Of a stretch of DNA of 32,000 bases, positions 16,348-26,100 are shown piece after piece. The DNA comes from Dickeya dadantii NCPPB 898 (GTDB lineage: Bacteria; Pseudomonadota; Gammaproteobacteria; Enterobacterales; Enterobacteriaceae). Position numbers and translations under genes: made by a program. Position 1 is the stretch's first letter; every line of letters begins with the position of its first letter. The stretch lies in assembly GCF_000406145.1 (NCBI RefSeq), contig NZ_CM001976.1, forward strand, positions 958,505 through 990,504, written 5' to 3'. The notes beneath the pieces are model-generated. The model did not search any database. It saw only the letters and a program-made list of their open reading frames with translations, and was not told the DNA's origin.

Positions 16348-17172
16348 ATGAGTCTGACGACGTATCTTGGCAAACAGGTGCTGGGGGTGCTGGCCTGTTA
16401 CCAACAAGGAAATGTGGTAATTCATATCTGTGGGGTCTATCCGCGCGCCGACAACAGCCTGCGGGTATTTTTCCCCAAGGGGCATGACCTGACGGTGGGT
16501 GATCTGGCGACAGTGCACCTCGACAATCGCACCGGCGTTGATGAGTTCGACGCCAATATTTCGGTGTACCGCGCCTCATACAAGGGGCGGGTGGTCAGCG
16601 TGGATGACGACTGGGTGATTCTGGCGCCGCGCGAGTGCCAGCTGTTGCATGGCTTTACGCCGGTGGTGGATATCCGCGAGCCGGGTTATGCGTTCCCGAC
16701 CGATCTCCGGCCGGAACGACCGGTGCCGTTTACCTCCATGACCGCGCTGCCGGATACCGAACGCAAAGATTTTACCAATAAGGTCGGCGTGCTGGTGACG
16801 ATGGCGGAAGAGCAGCCGCACACCACGGTGCTGGCGTTCCTCTCCTCGGTGGAGGACGATATTTTCCTGATTACCTTCCCGGAAACGTTCAAATCCAAAC
16901 TGCTCAAACGTAACCCGCACTGCTTTTTCGCCATGGATGAACGCTCGCACTACACCTTTGAACGTTCAATCGAATGGAATTACACCCTGATTGAAGGCGA
17001 TGCTCACCTGATCGACCCGGCAACGCCGTTGTTTGAGGACGTCCGTCACGCGTTCATCAATAAAAACCCGTGGGAAATGGCGTTTTTCCTGCGGCCCAAT
17101 CTGGAGATGTACCATATCAAGAGCAGGCAGCTGGTTTGTCCCGGCTCCCGTCAGCCTATCGGCGATGCGTGA
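16348..17172 (+). CDS. hypothetical two-domain protein; the C-terminal half is pyridoxamine-5'-phosphate-oxidase-like (FMN-binding split barrel)
   Basis: 274-aa ORF. Residues from about 140 to 260 (VGVLVTMAEEQPHTTVLAFLSSVEDDIFLITFPETFKSKLLKRNPHCFFAMDE...) fit the PNPOx/general-stress-protein-26 pattern. I do not recognise the N-terminal beta-rich region of about 125 aa. Confidence 0.7.
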   Translation: MSLTTYLGKQVLGVLACYQQGNVVIHICGVYPRADNSLRVFFPKGHDLTVGDLATVHLDNRTGVDEFDANISVYRASYKGRVVSVDDDWVILAPRECQLLHGFTPVVDIREPGYAFPTDLRPERPVPFTSMTALPDTERKDFTNKVGVLVTMAEEQPHTTVLAFLSSVEDDIFLITFPETFKSKLLKRNPHCFFAMDERSHYTFERSIEWNYTLIEGDAHLIDPATPLFEDVRHAFINKNPWEMAFFLRPNLEMYHIKSRQLVCPGSRQPIGDA

Positions 17173-17200
17173 AATAACGCAGCCTGATAATATCGATTGG

Positions 17201-17231
17201 CGCCCCGTAATTGCGGGGCGTTGTTTTATTT
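17201..17231 (+). terminator. rho-independent terminator
   Basis: cgccccg / taattg / cggggcg followed by ttgttttattt. Confidence 0.82.
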
Positions 17232-17559
17232 GATGCTGAAAATAGAGCGTATTGAAACGTCATTTCTATTTTATGACAGATTTTAATAACTGCTTTACAA
17301 GCAGAGTGTTATCTATTTTTATTCGCTTGTTGAGATTGTTCTGTGGTGGCGTCATTCGTTATCTGGTTTTGTTTTTTATATCAACGGTATTTGTTTTTAT
17401 TATCAATCGGCGCTGCGTTAATTATTCTTGCGAGGATATTTCTTTATTGATGGGCAGTAAAATAAATAATGGGTCGTAACATGCAGGGCGATGGTTTGGC
17501 GTATATTTATTTGCCCCGCCATCTTCGGTAACGATAGCAGGGCAGCGCGGTAAACGATG

Positions 17560-18669
17560 TTATTTGAAATCTACCGTCATCAATTCCGGCACGCTGAATT
17601 GACGGGTGGTTTCGACGCACTTGCCCACATATTCGGTAAAGCGCGGCGGGGTTTTCATACCCAGTTGCAACAGCTTGCGGTTGCTGAACTTGACATTCAA
17701 CTGGGCGAACGAACCGTACAGACGCATGGCGCGCAGCATCAGGCGTTCGTTGCAGGGGCCGTACAGTTCGCTGAAGCTGCTGCGCAGTTTGATCAGGTCG
17801 TGGTAACTCACCTGACGGTAGGCCTCGCCCATCGGCGGGCGCGCCGCTGCCTGCGCCATCGCCATATCCACTTCGCTGAAACTCACGCTGGAGGCTTCGC
17901 CGGCGGAAATATGGTAGATATCGTCGACCGCCTGATCGCTGTGCAACAGCATCAGGATGGCTTCGGCGCAGAAATCCACCGGGATGACATCGATTTTATC
18001 GTCAAGCGAGCACATGAATCTCTGGAGTTTCATCGCCATCTCGAACACCCAGTAGATGCTGCTGGACGGCTTACAGCCCAGACGGGAATGGCCGACGATG
18101 ATCTACGGGCGCACAATCAGCAGCGGCATGGCCGGGCAGTGTTCACGCATCAGGTTTTCGATGGTGGCTTTGGACAGGGTGTATTCGACGATGTGCGATT
18201 TTTCCGTATCCAGCAGGTTGGATTCCACCACCACTTCGTCCTGATTCGGTACGCAGGACATCGCGGTGCCGATCTGAATGAATTTTTGCAGCGATTTAAC
18301 CTGGCTCATCCGTTTGGCAAAGGCCAGCGTGCCTTCCACGTTCACTTTCCAGATCAGCGGATTGTTGCCAAACGAGGCGATTGCCGCGCTGTTGATAACA
18401 TAGGTGACGCTGTCCAGCGCCGGATGTTGAAGAAATGATTCAGGCTCCGCCAGGTCGCCGATAATAATATTGTCTTCTGTTAAACGAGATAATAATGGTT
18501 CCGAAATATCAAATTTACGCAAGTTATTTAGGATTCGTTTAAGTCCGTTCTGTTTATTGCTGGCTCTGACTAACATAAACAAATTTTCAATTCGCTCGTC
18601 CTGCAGCGCTTTTTCCATAACAGCACCGCCCAGGAAGCCTGTTGCTCCGGTGATGAGTACCGTTTTCAT
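17560..18669 (-). pseudogene. SDR-superfamily NAD-binding reductase (NAD_binding_4 / thioester-reductase-like) interrupted by an in-frame TAG
   Basis: Track ORFs 18103..18669 and 17560..18048 are in the same frame. My reading across the gap is ...PLLIVRP-TAG-IIVGHSRLGCKPSSSIYWVFEMAMKL... The N-terminus has the Rossmann motif VLITGATGFLGG and the YTLSK catalytic motif. The stop (18103-18105) sits where homologues have the RPS-I-V motif. The reconstructed protein is about 369 aa. Confidence 0.75.
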
Positions 18670-19009
18670 GATGTTAAGACCATTTTATGTAATAGGGAGG
18701 TGCTGTCTGAATTGCGCTCAGATGCAGCGGCGACATTCTATTTCAGTGGGTTTTCGCTTTTCAATTTCCCGGTCGGCTTTTCTTATCTTGTTGTCGTTCC
18801 GTTTAGTTTTTTAACTGTTCCGTTATTTTTTTTAATTTAATGTCGCTGCCATTGCTGTAATTGATTGTGTACGAATTAAGAAATCAAGCGCTGAATTATT
18901 AAACCTGGCGCGGGTGTCAACGTCTGGGGGGAGCGAGTGCCGTCGATTTCTGCGCGCCTGTCATCGGCGGCGGTCAACATTTCGCGCTATGCGGCGGGGT
19001 GAAGGTGGA

Positions 19010-19072
19010 GTGAAGAAAAGAACAGAGCAGCCTGTCGCCACCGAGCGCTGCAAGCGTGGTCGGTGGCGACAG
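19010..19072 (-). terminator. rho-independent terminator of the mipA-like gene
   Basis: Perfect 13-bp stem ctgtcgccaccga (19032-19044) / tcggtggcgacag (19060-19072). On the minus strand it is followed by gctgctctgttcttttcttcac. Confidence 0.75.
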
Positions 19073-19080
19073 AGATTGAA

Positions 19081-19866
19081 TTAAAACGTATAAGTAACAG
19101 CAAATGTCCCTTCGCCCTGATCGGCGCGAAACACGATGGGGCTGTTCGAGGCTTTATCGTTCAGGCGGGTATAGCTGCCGCTGAGCGTGGTGGCCCAATG
19201 CGGATCAAACTGATGGGTCCAGAACAGCGAGACTGACTGGCCGTACAAACCGCTGCCGGCCTGATAGGCGCGATAGCCGGAGTTCTGGCTCTGCTGCTGG
19301 TTGACGCCGTAAAACAGGTTGTTATAGCGGGCGTCGCCGAACAGCAAGGTGCCCTGAGCGCCCAGCGTATCCGATTTGTCCTGGAACAGAATGCTGGTCA
19401 GCGATGTCTGGTATTGCACGCCCTGGCTGTCGGTCAGCGGCAGAATCGCCTTGGCTTCCACCGACAACTGGTCGGTAAATTGCCAGCCCAGCGCCACGGC
19501 GGTGTTCAGGGCGCTGTCAATGTCGCCCATGCCGCGCAGTTTGTCGGAACCGGGACGGAAAGAGGATTTCTTGTCGGTGCGCCCGATGGAATAACCCAGC
19601 GTGTGTTCAAGGTAGAACTGGCCGAACTGCAGGTCATAACCCGCGCCTTTGGCGGTATCGAAAAAGAACGCGCCCTGACGAGCCTGAATCACCGGCAGCA
19701 CATCCCAACGGCGTTCATCCGAGCCGCTGTAGCGCGGCCCATTGTGGGCGGCGAGGCCGAGGGTGACGCCGTCTTGCTGACCGGGTGCGCTATCGTCGGC
19801 CCAACTGATGTTGCTGCCGGCGAAGAAAAGAGTAGCTATATAAAAAGGAATATGTCGCACTATCAT
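19081..19866 (-). CDS. MipA/OmpV family outer-membrane protein (MltA-interacting protein-like)
   Basis: The track ORF is over-extended. The start is the ATG at 19866 (MIVRHIPFYIATLFFAGSNISWA/DD, a signal peptide), preceded by AGGAG. The C-terminal pattern GSYTRLNDKASNSPIV...FAVTYTF matches the MipA family signature (E. coli ...ARYTRLSDEVTDSPMV...GITYKF, from memory). Confidence 0.85.
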   Translation of the reverse strand: MIVRHIPFYIATLFFAGSNISWADDSAPGQQDGVTLGLAAHNGPRYSGSDERRWDVLPVIQARQGAFFFDTAKGAGYDLQFGQFYLEHTLGYSIGRTDKKSSFRPGSDKLRGMGDIDSALNTAVALGWQFTDQLSVEAKAILPLTDSQGVQYQTSLTSILFQDKSDTLGAQGTLLFGDARYNNLFYGVNQQQSQNSGYRAYQAGSGLYGQSVSLFWTHQFDPHWATTLSGSYTRLNDKASNSPIVFRADQGEGTFAVTYTF

Positions 19867-20008
19867 CCTGACTTGACTCCTAAGACGGGTAAATGTTGTT
19901 GCCTGTAACAGGTGTTTTCGTGCATCCCTGTACGAGATGCTGGTTAGTATACGCATCAGCGTCAATGTACTGTCAGCAAATCATGAAGAAATTATCAAGA
20001 GAACCACG

Positions 20009-20704
20009 ATGAGTCCGAAACGCATTCTGATAATCGAAGATGACACGGATGCTGCCGGCGTGCTGGAAGCTTACCTGAAACGCGACAATTTCCAGGTGTT
20101 GCTGGCGGGAGATGGGGTGAACGGTCTGGATATGGCTCAGCGCCTGAAGCCGGATCTGATCCTGTTGGATGTGATGCTGCCGGGCATGAACGGCACCGAA
20201 GTGCTGACCGCTCTGCGCCGCAAAAGCGATGTGCCGGTGATCATGGTCACCGCGATGGGCGACGACACCGACAAGATCGGCGCGCTGCGGTACGGCGCAG
20301 ACGATTACGTGACCAAACCCTATCACCCCGGCGAGGTGGTGGCGCGAGTGCAGGCGGTGTTGCGGCGCACTTGTGGGGTGATGACGCCCGGTCGATCGTT
20401 GACCTTCGGCTCGCTGGAGGTGGATCTGGATGCGATGGTCGCTACCGTGGCCGATGCACAAGGCCAGCGCCAGTTGCTGGATTTGACGCCGACGGAGTTC
20501 AGCCTGTTGGCGACCCTGTTGCGCGCTCAGACCCGCGCCTTTTCCCGGCAGGAACTGCTGGAGGCGTGCCTGCCGGACAGCGACGCGCTGGAGCGGGTGG
20601 TGGATACCCACATCTATAATCTGCGCAAAAAACTTGAAGCGGTCGGTATCGGCGGGGTGCTGCTGACGGTGCGTGCGGTTGGCTACAGGTTTCGTCAGCC
20701 ATGA
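20009..20704 (+). CDS. OmpR/PhoB-family two-component response regulator
   Basis: The receiver domain reads MSPKRILIIEDDTDAAGVLEAYL...DLILLDVMLPGMNG...VIMVTA...KPY. The winged-helix output reads LTPTEFSLLATLL...VDTHIYNLRKKLE...TVRAVGYRF. The internal ATG at 20009 is preferred over the track start at 19937. Confidence 0.9.
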   Translation: MSPKRILIIEDDTDAAGVLEAYLKRDNFQVLLAGDGVNGLDMAQRLKPDLILLDVMLPGMNGTEVLTALRRKSDVPVIMVTAMGDDTDKIGALRYGADDYVTKPYHPGEVVARVQAVLRRTCGVMTPGRSLTFGSLEVDLDAMVATVADAQGQRQLLDLTPTEFSLLATLLRAQTRAFSRQELLEACLPDSDALERVVDTHIYNLRKKLEAVGIGGVLLTVRAVGYRFRQP

Positions 20705-21870
20705 ATAATCTGCCTCCTCTCTCGCTGTGGCGCTGGCTGTGTATTCGCATTCTGTCGCTGGCGATTGGTACGGTAGTGCTGATCGCCACCTGCATGTGGC
20801 TGCGGTTCGCCATCTGGAATCTGTGGGTGCGCCATACCATGCCGGAAGCGGTGCGTCATGAGTTTGCGGCATTACAGATCAATCCCGATCTGAACCGCAC
20901 CCGCTATTACGAGATTCTGGATACCTGGTACGGTCCTAAATCTTTCGACCTGTCTATTGTCTCCGAGGATTGGTTGATCCTGGGGGTACTGGTGCTGGTT
21001 GCTATTCCATTGATTGTGATGCTGGGGCTGTGGGCGGCCCGGCCGTTGTCGGTGCAATTCAGCCAACTGGCGATGTCGGCCCGCGCGGTGGCTCGCGGGC
21101 AGTTCGCCACCCGAGCGCGTACGGTGCCGGGCGCACCGGCGGAGTTGACGCTGCTGACCCAGGACTTCAATGCCATGACGGCCCAACTGGAGCGTTACGA
21201 GCGTGAGTTGCATGCCTCGCATGTGGCGATGGCGCATGAATTACGCTCGCCGCTGACGGCGGCGATGGGCCGGTTACAAGGGATGCTGGACGGCGTGTTC
21301 GAGCCTGATGCCCAACAACTGCAGATGGTGATGAACCAGATGCTCAACCTTAATCGCCTGATTGAAGATCTGCATCTGTTATCGATGGCCAGCGCCGGGC
21401 AACTGGCTATCGACAAGACCCGACTGAACCCGGTGGAACTGCTGCGCGACCGTATTGCCTGGCTGAAGCCGAATGCGGAAACGGTCGGTTTTACCATTAC
21501 GCTGCATGCCGATGAGGAAGGGTATTGTCTGGCGGACCCGATTCGGCTCGGGCAGGTATTTACCATCCTGATGGATAATGCGCTGCGTTATGCGGTGGAA
21601 GGCAAAATGCAGCGGATTGAGGTGGCGCGGCAGCAGAACCGCTGGCAGATTTGCTTTCGCGACTACGGCCCCGGCGTCAGCGAGACATTCCTGCCGCATA
21701 TTTTCGAGCGCTTTTCCCGCGCCGATACCTCGCGGGCACGCCATTCCGGCGGCAGCGGACTGGGGTTGTCCATCGCCCTGGCGATTTGCGAAGCGCTCGG
21801 CGGCAGCCTGACGGCGGAAAACCACCCGCAAGGCGGCATGTGCTTTACTCTCGAACTGCCGGCGGTGTGA
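20701..21870 (+). CDS. two-component sensor histidine kinase (two TM segments, HAMP, HisKA, HATPase_c)
   Basis: H-box HELRSPLTAAMG, N-box LMDNALRYA, G-boxes DYGPGV and GGSGLGLSIA. The start overlaps the response regulator stop (ATGA). Confidence 0.9.
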   Translation: MNNLPPLSLWRWLCIRILSLAIGTVVLIATCMWLRFAIWNLWVRHTMPEAVRHEFAALQINPDLNRTRYYEILDTWYGPKSFDLSIVSEDWLILGVLVLVAIPLIVMLGLWAARPLSVQFSQLAMSARAVARGQFATRARTVPGAPAELTLLTQDFNAMTAQLERYERELHASHVAMAHELRSPLTAAMGRLQGMLDGVFEPDAQQLQMVMNQMLNLNRLIEDLHLLSMASAGQLAIDKTRLNPVELLRDRIAWLKPNAETVGFTITLHADEEGYCLADPIRLGQVFTILMDNALRYAVEGKMQRIEVARQQNRWQICFRDYGPGVSETFLPHIFERFSRADTSRARHSGGSGLGLSIALAICEALGGSLTAENHPQGGMCFTLELPAV

Positions 21871-21938
21871 CTCACTCAAGGGAGGCGGCCGGGAGCGAAC
21901 CGATTTTTCAGCGTCCTTGACGGTTTCTTGATGAAGCG

Positions 21939-21956
21939 TGGAAACAATCTGGAAAT
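21939..21956 (+). promoter_or_regulatory. candidate response-regulator box: direct repeat TGGAAAc-N4-TGGAAAt with 11-bp phasing
   Basis: tggaaacaatctggaaat lies 44 nt upstream of the adaptor-gene ATG (22000). 11-bp-spaced direct hexamers are typical of OmpR/PhoB-family sites. The assignment is inference only. Confidence 0.3.
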
Positions 21957-21999
21957 GCGTGCGGTGTAATGGCGACCAGTGAGTAACAGGAAGCCCATC

Positions 22000-23145
22000 A
22001 TGACGAATACCGAATCCACCTTTTGCGCCCTTCATCACGTAGCCCATCATGGGGGAAACGCTATTTTTCGCGCCGGCGGGCTGGGCGTGCTGCTGTTGCT
22101 GGTCACAAGCCTGTTGTCTGGCTGCAACGACGCCAGTAATGAACCGGCGCCTGCACCGCCGCGTCCGGTTCGCACGGTCACCGTCGAACCGTCAGCCACC
22201 GGTGAAGTGCTGTCGCAGGTCGGGGAGATTCGCCCGGCGGAAGAGACCGCGCTGGGGTTTCGTCTGGATGGGCGGGTGGTGTCGCGCGCGGTAGATGTGG
22301 GGACGGTGGTAAAGGCAGGCGAGGTGATCGCCACGCTGGATACCCGCGACAGCGAAAACCAGTTGCAGAGCGCCAAAGCCGATCTGACCCGCGCAGCAGC
22401 CTCGGAACGGCTGGCGGAACAGAATCTTAACCGTATGAAGCAACTGGTGCCCAACGGTGCTATTGCCCGATCGCAGTTGGATGAGGCGCAGTCGAACTGG
22501 GCCTCGGCGGTATCCGTACGTGAAAGCGCCCAGGCCAGCGTCAAAAGCGCGCAGGATCGTTTGGAATATACCCGGTTGTCCGCGCCGGTCGCCGGCGTGA
22601 TCACCGCGGTTAGCGCCAATCCCGGTCAAGTGGTGAATGCTGGTCAGGAAGTGGTACGGCTGGCGACGTTTGCCGGCCGCGACGCGGTGTTCAATGTTTC
22701 CGAACGTCTGATTACCAGCGGCCTGACGGATCCGCTGGTGACGGTTTCCCTGCTGTCCAACCCGGCTATCAAAACCCAGGGGCATGTGCGCGACGTCAGC
22801 CCGCTGGCCGATGCCGAAACCCGCACCTGGCGAGTACGCGTCTCGCTGATTGAACCGCCGAAAGAGATGGTGCTAGGCGCCACCGTACAGGGTGAGGTAA
22901 CGCTGCCCGGTGGTACCGCCATTGCGCTGCCGGCGTCGGCGCTGACCCGTCAGGGCGATAACCCCGCGGTGTTTGTGGTCGACCCGCAGACGCAGACGCT
23001 GCGGCTGCAACCGATCACCCTGCGTCATTACAGCGATTCGCAAATCGTTGTCGCCGACGGTCTGTCCACCGGCGATAAGGTGGTCACCGCCGGCGTGAGT
23101 AAACTGCGGGCCGGCGAGAAGGTCACCCTGGCGGAGGCGCAATAA
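22000..23145 (+). CDS. RND efflux periplasmic adaptor (membrane fusion protein), lipoprotein
   Basis: The ATG at 22000 follows AGGAAG. The sequence has the lipobox LLSGC. A coiled-coil hairpin region (ENQLQSAKADLTRAAASERLAEQNLNRMKQL...) is followed by beta-barrel regions typical of the HlyD_D23/MFP family. Confidence 0.9.
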   Translation: MTNTESTFCALHHVAHHGGNAIFRAGGLGVLLLLVTSLLSGCNDASNEPAPAPPRPVRTVTVEPSATGEVLSQVGEIRPAEETALGFRLDGRVVSRAVDVGTVVKAGEVIATLDTRDSENQLQSAKADLTRAAASERLAEQNLNRMKQLVPNGAIARSQLDEAQSNWASAVSVRESAQASVKSAQDRLEYTRLSAPVAGVITAVSANPGQVVNAGQEVVRLATFAGRDAVFNVSERLITSGLTDPLVTVSLLSNPAIKTQGHVRDVSPLADAETRTWRVRVSLIEPPKEMVLGATVQGEVTLPGGTAIALPASALTRQGDNPAVFVVDPQTQTLRLQPITLRHYSDSQIVVADGLSTGDKVVTAGVSKLRAGEKVTLAEAQ

Positions 23146-26100
23146 TGTCATCCGGATTCAAGCAAAAGTGGAATCTTTCTGCCTGGGCGCTGGCTCATCA
23201 GCAACTGGTGGCCTTTTTTATGCTGGTGATCGTGGCGGCGGGCGTCATGAGTTACGAACGCCTGCCGCGCAACGAAGACCCGGCCTTTACCATCAAAACC
23301 GCGGTGGTGTCCGCCAGTTGGCCGGGCGCCACGGTGCAGGACACCGTCAGTTTCGTCACCGATGTGCTGGAAAAGAAACTGCAGGAAACCCCTTACCTTG
23401 ATTTTATCGAGAGTTATAGCCGCCCCGGCGAAGCGGTGATTTTCGTCAACCTGCGCGACAGCACGCCGCCATCCGAGGTACCGGGCATTTGGTACACCGT
23501 CCGCAAAAAGATGAAGGACATTACCCCCAGTCTGCCCGACGGGGTGAGCGAACCGGCGGTTAACGACGAGTTCGACGATACCTTCGGCACGATTTATGGC
23601 TTTACCGCCGACGGCTACTCGCCGCGCGAGCTGCGCGACAAGGTGGATGATATCCGCACTGAACTGCTTGCCACGTCGGATGTCGGCAAAATTGATGTGC
23701 TGGGCGTGCAGGAAGAGCACATCGTGGTGGCGTTTTCCCCGCGACAACTGGCCGGCATGGGGCTGGACCTACAGCAGGTGACGGCGGCGTTACAGGCGCA
23801 AAACGCCGTCAGTCCGACCGGGACTATTCGCACGGCGAACGACAAGGTGGAACTGCGCGTCAGCGGCGCGTTTGTTTCCGAAGAGAGCCTGCGTCAGGTG
23901 ACGCTGCGCATCGGCGGTCGCTTTATCCCGCTGACCGATATCGCCACGGTTCACCGTCAGGCGGCAGAGCCGCCGGCGCCGGCGTTTCGCGTCAATGGGC
24001 AGCCGGCCATCGGGCTGGCGATCTCCATGGCGCCGACCGGCAACATGCTGGATTTCGGTCAGGCGTTGCGCGGCAAAATAGCGACGATTAGCGCATCGCT
24101 GCCGCACGGCATTGAGGTCACCAACGTGGCGGACCAGTCATCGGTGGTGAAATCCTCGGTGAGCGGTTTTGTTAAGGTGCTGCTGGAAGCGGTAGTGATC
24201 GTGCTGGCGGTGTCGTTCGTCTCGCTGGGCAGCCGCGCCGGGCTGGTGGTGGCCGCATCGATTCCGATTGTGCTGGCGATGACGTTCACCGGCATGGAGA
24301 TAGCCGGTATCGGCTTGCAGCGCATTTCGCTGGGCGCGTTGATTATCGCGCTTGGGCTACTGGTGGACGACGCCATGATCACGGTAGAGGCGATGGTGTC
24401 CAGCCTGGAGAAGGGCGAGGCCCGCGAGCAGGCCGCCACCCGCGCCTACGAAACCACCGCGTTTCCGATGCTGACCGGCACGCTGGTGATGATAGCGGGT
24501 TTCATTCCGGTCGGATTTGCCGCCTCCAGCGCCGGTGAGTACTGTTATTCGCTGTTTATTGTGGTGCTGATTTCGCTGCTCAGCTCCTGGGTGGTGGCGG
24601 TGCTGTTCTCGCCGCTGATTGGCGTCTGGCTGCTGCCGAAGACGATGAAGGCCCATGATCACAACGCCGGCCGCCTGTCGCGGGCCTATGACCGTCTGTT
24701 GTCGACGGCGCTGCGCTATCGCGGCCGCACGCTGTTGTTATCGGTGGCGCTGCTGGCGCTGGCGGTATGGGCTGCCGGTCGGCTGGAGGGCGAGTTTTTC
24801 CCGGCCTCGGACCGGCCGGAACTGCTGGTCAGCCTGACGCTGCCGCGTAATGCAACGCAAGAGGCCACCGAACGGGAAGTGGTGCGGCTGGAGCAGTCGC
24901 TGAAGAACGATCCGGACCTGGATCATTTCTCCACCTATGTCGGGTCCGGCGCGGTGCGGTTCTATTTACCGATGGATGTGCTGTTGCAGAATGAAAACAT
25001 CGCGCAACTGGTGGTGGTGGCGAAAGGGCTAAAAGAACGGGATGCGCTGCGCGCCCGGCTGGAAAAACGCGTGCAGCAGGATTTCAGCCACCTGGTGACC
25101 CGCGTATCGCCGTTGGAACTGGGGCCGCCGGTCGGCTGGCCGCTTAAGTACCGGGTTACCGGGCCGGATATCGACAAGGTACGCGAGTACGCCACCGGGC
25201 TGGCGACGCTGATTGGCAACAATCCTGATGCGCGCGAGGTTAACCTCACCGCCGGTGAACCGGAACGCGCTATCCGCGTCGGCGTCAACCAGACCGAAGC
25301 GCGGGCGGTGGGCATCAGCTCGCAGGATGTCGCCAGCGCGCTGGCGACCATTTTCTCCGGCTCGGCCGTGACCAGCGTACGCGATCGCAACCGGATGGTG
25401 GCGGTGGTGGTACGCGCCCGGGATGAGGAGCGTCAGAATCTGGATACCGTCGCCAGCCTGCAACTGCGCGCCGCTAACGGCCAGCGGGTGCCGCTGGGGC
25501 AAATTGCTTCCGTCGGGTACGGCGTGGATGAGCCGATCATCTGGCGCCGGCAGCGTCTGCCCTTTATCACCGTGCAGACCGACCTGGCGCCGGGCGTGCG
25601 CGCCCAGACCTTATCGGCCACGCTGGCGCCGCAGGTGGCGGCCTATCAGGCGTCGTTGCCGACCGGTTACCACATCGAAGAGGGTGGGTCGGTGGCGGAG
25701 TCCAACAAAGGCAACAATTCGGTGTATCAGGTGCTGCCGGTGACGTTGCTGGTGATGCTGATTTTGCTGATGGTGCAGTTGCAGCGTTTCTCGCGCATGA
25801 TGCTGGCGCTGCTGATGGCGCCGTTCGGGCTGATTGGCGTAGTGGCGGCGATGCTGCCGACCGGCACGCCGATGGGCTTCGTCGCTCTGCTGGGGGTGAT
25901 CGCGCTGGCGGGGATGATCATCCGTAACGCGGTGATCCTGATTAGCGAAGTAGACACCAACACGGCCGCAGGCATGCCGATCAACGAGGCGATTATCCAC
26001 GCCGCCCGTCATCGCTCCCGCCCGATTTTGCTGACCGCGCTGGCGGCGATTTTGGGGATGATCCCGATCGCTACCCAGGTATTCTGGGGGCCGATGGCCT

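Noticed and set aside
16112-16579. Long N-terminal extension of the TauE-like ORF (the 412-aa track version)
   Set aside because: The extension is Arg/Pro/Cys-rich and non-membrane-like. It overlaps the start of the plus-strand 274-aa gene. The family is typically about 240-260 aa long.
18103-18105. In-frame TAG as programmed recoding (pyrrolysine, suppression or read-through)
   Set aside because: No Pyl machinery is expected in Enterobacterales, and no recoding signal is evident. A simple nonsense mutation or a sequencing error is more parsimonious.
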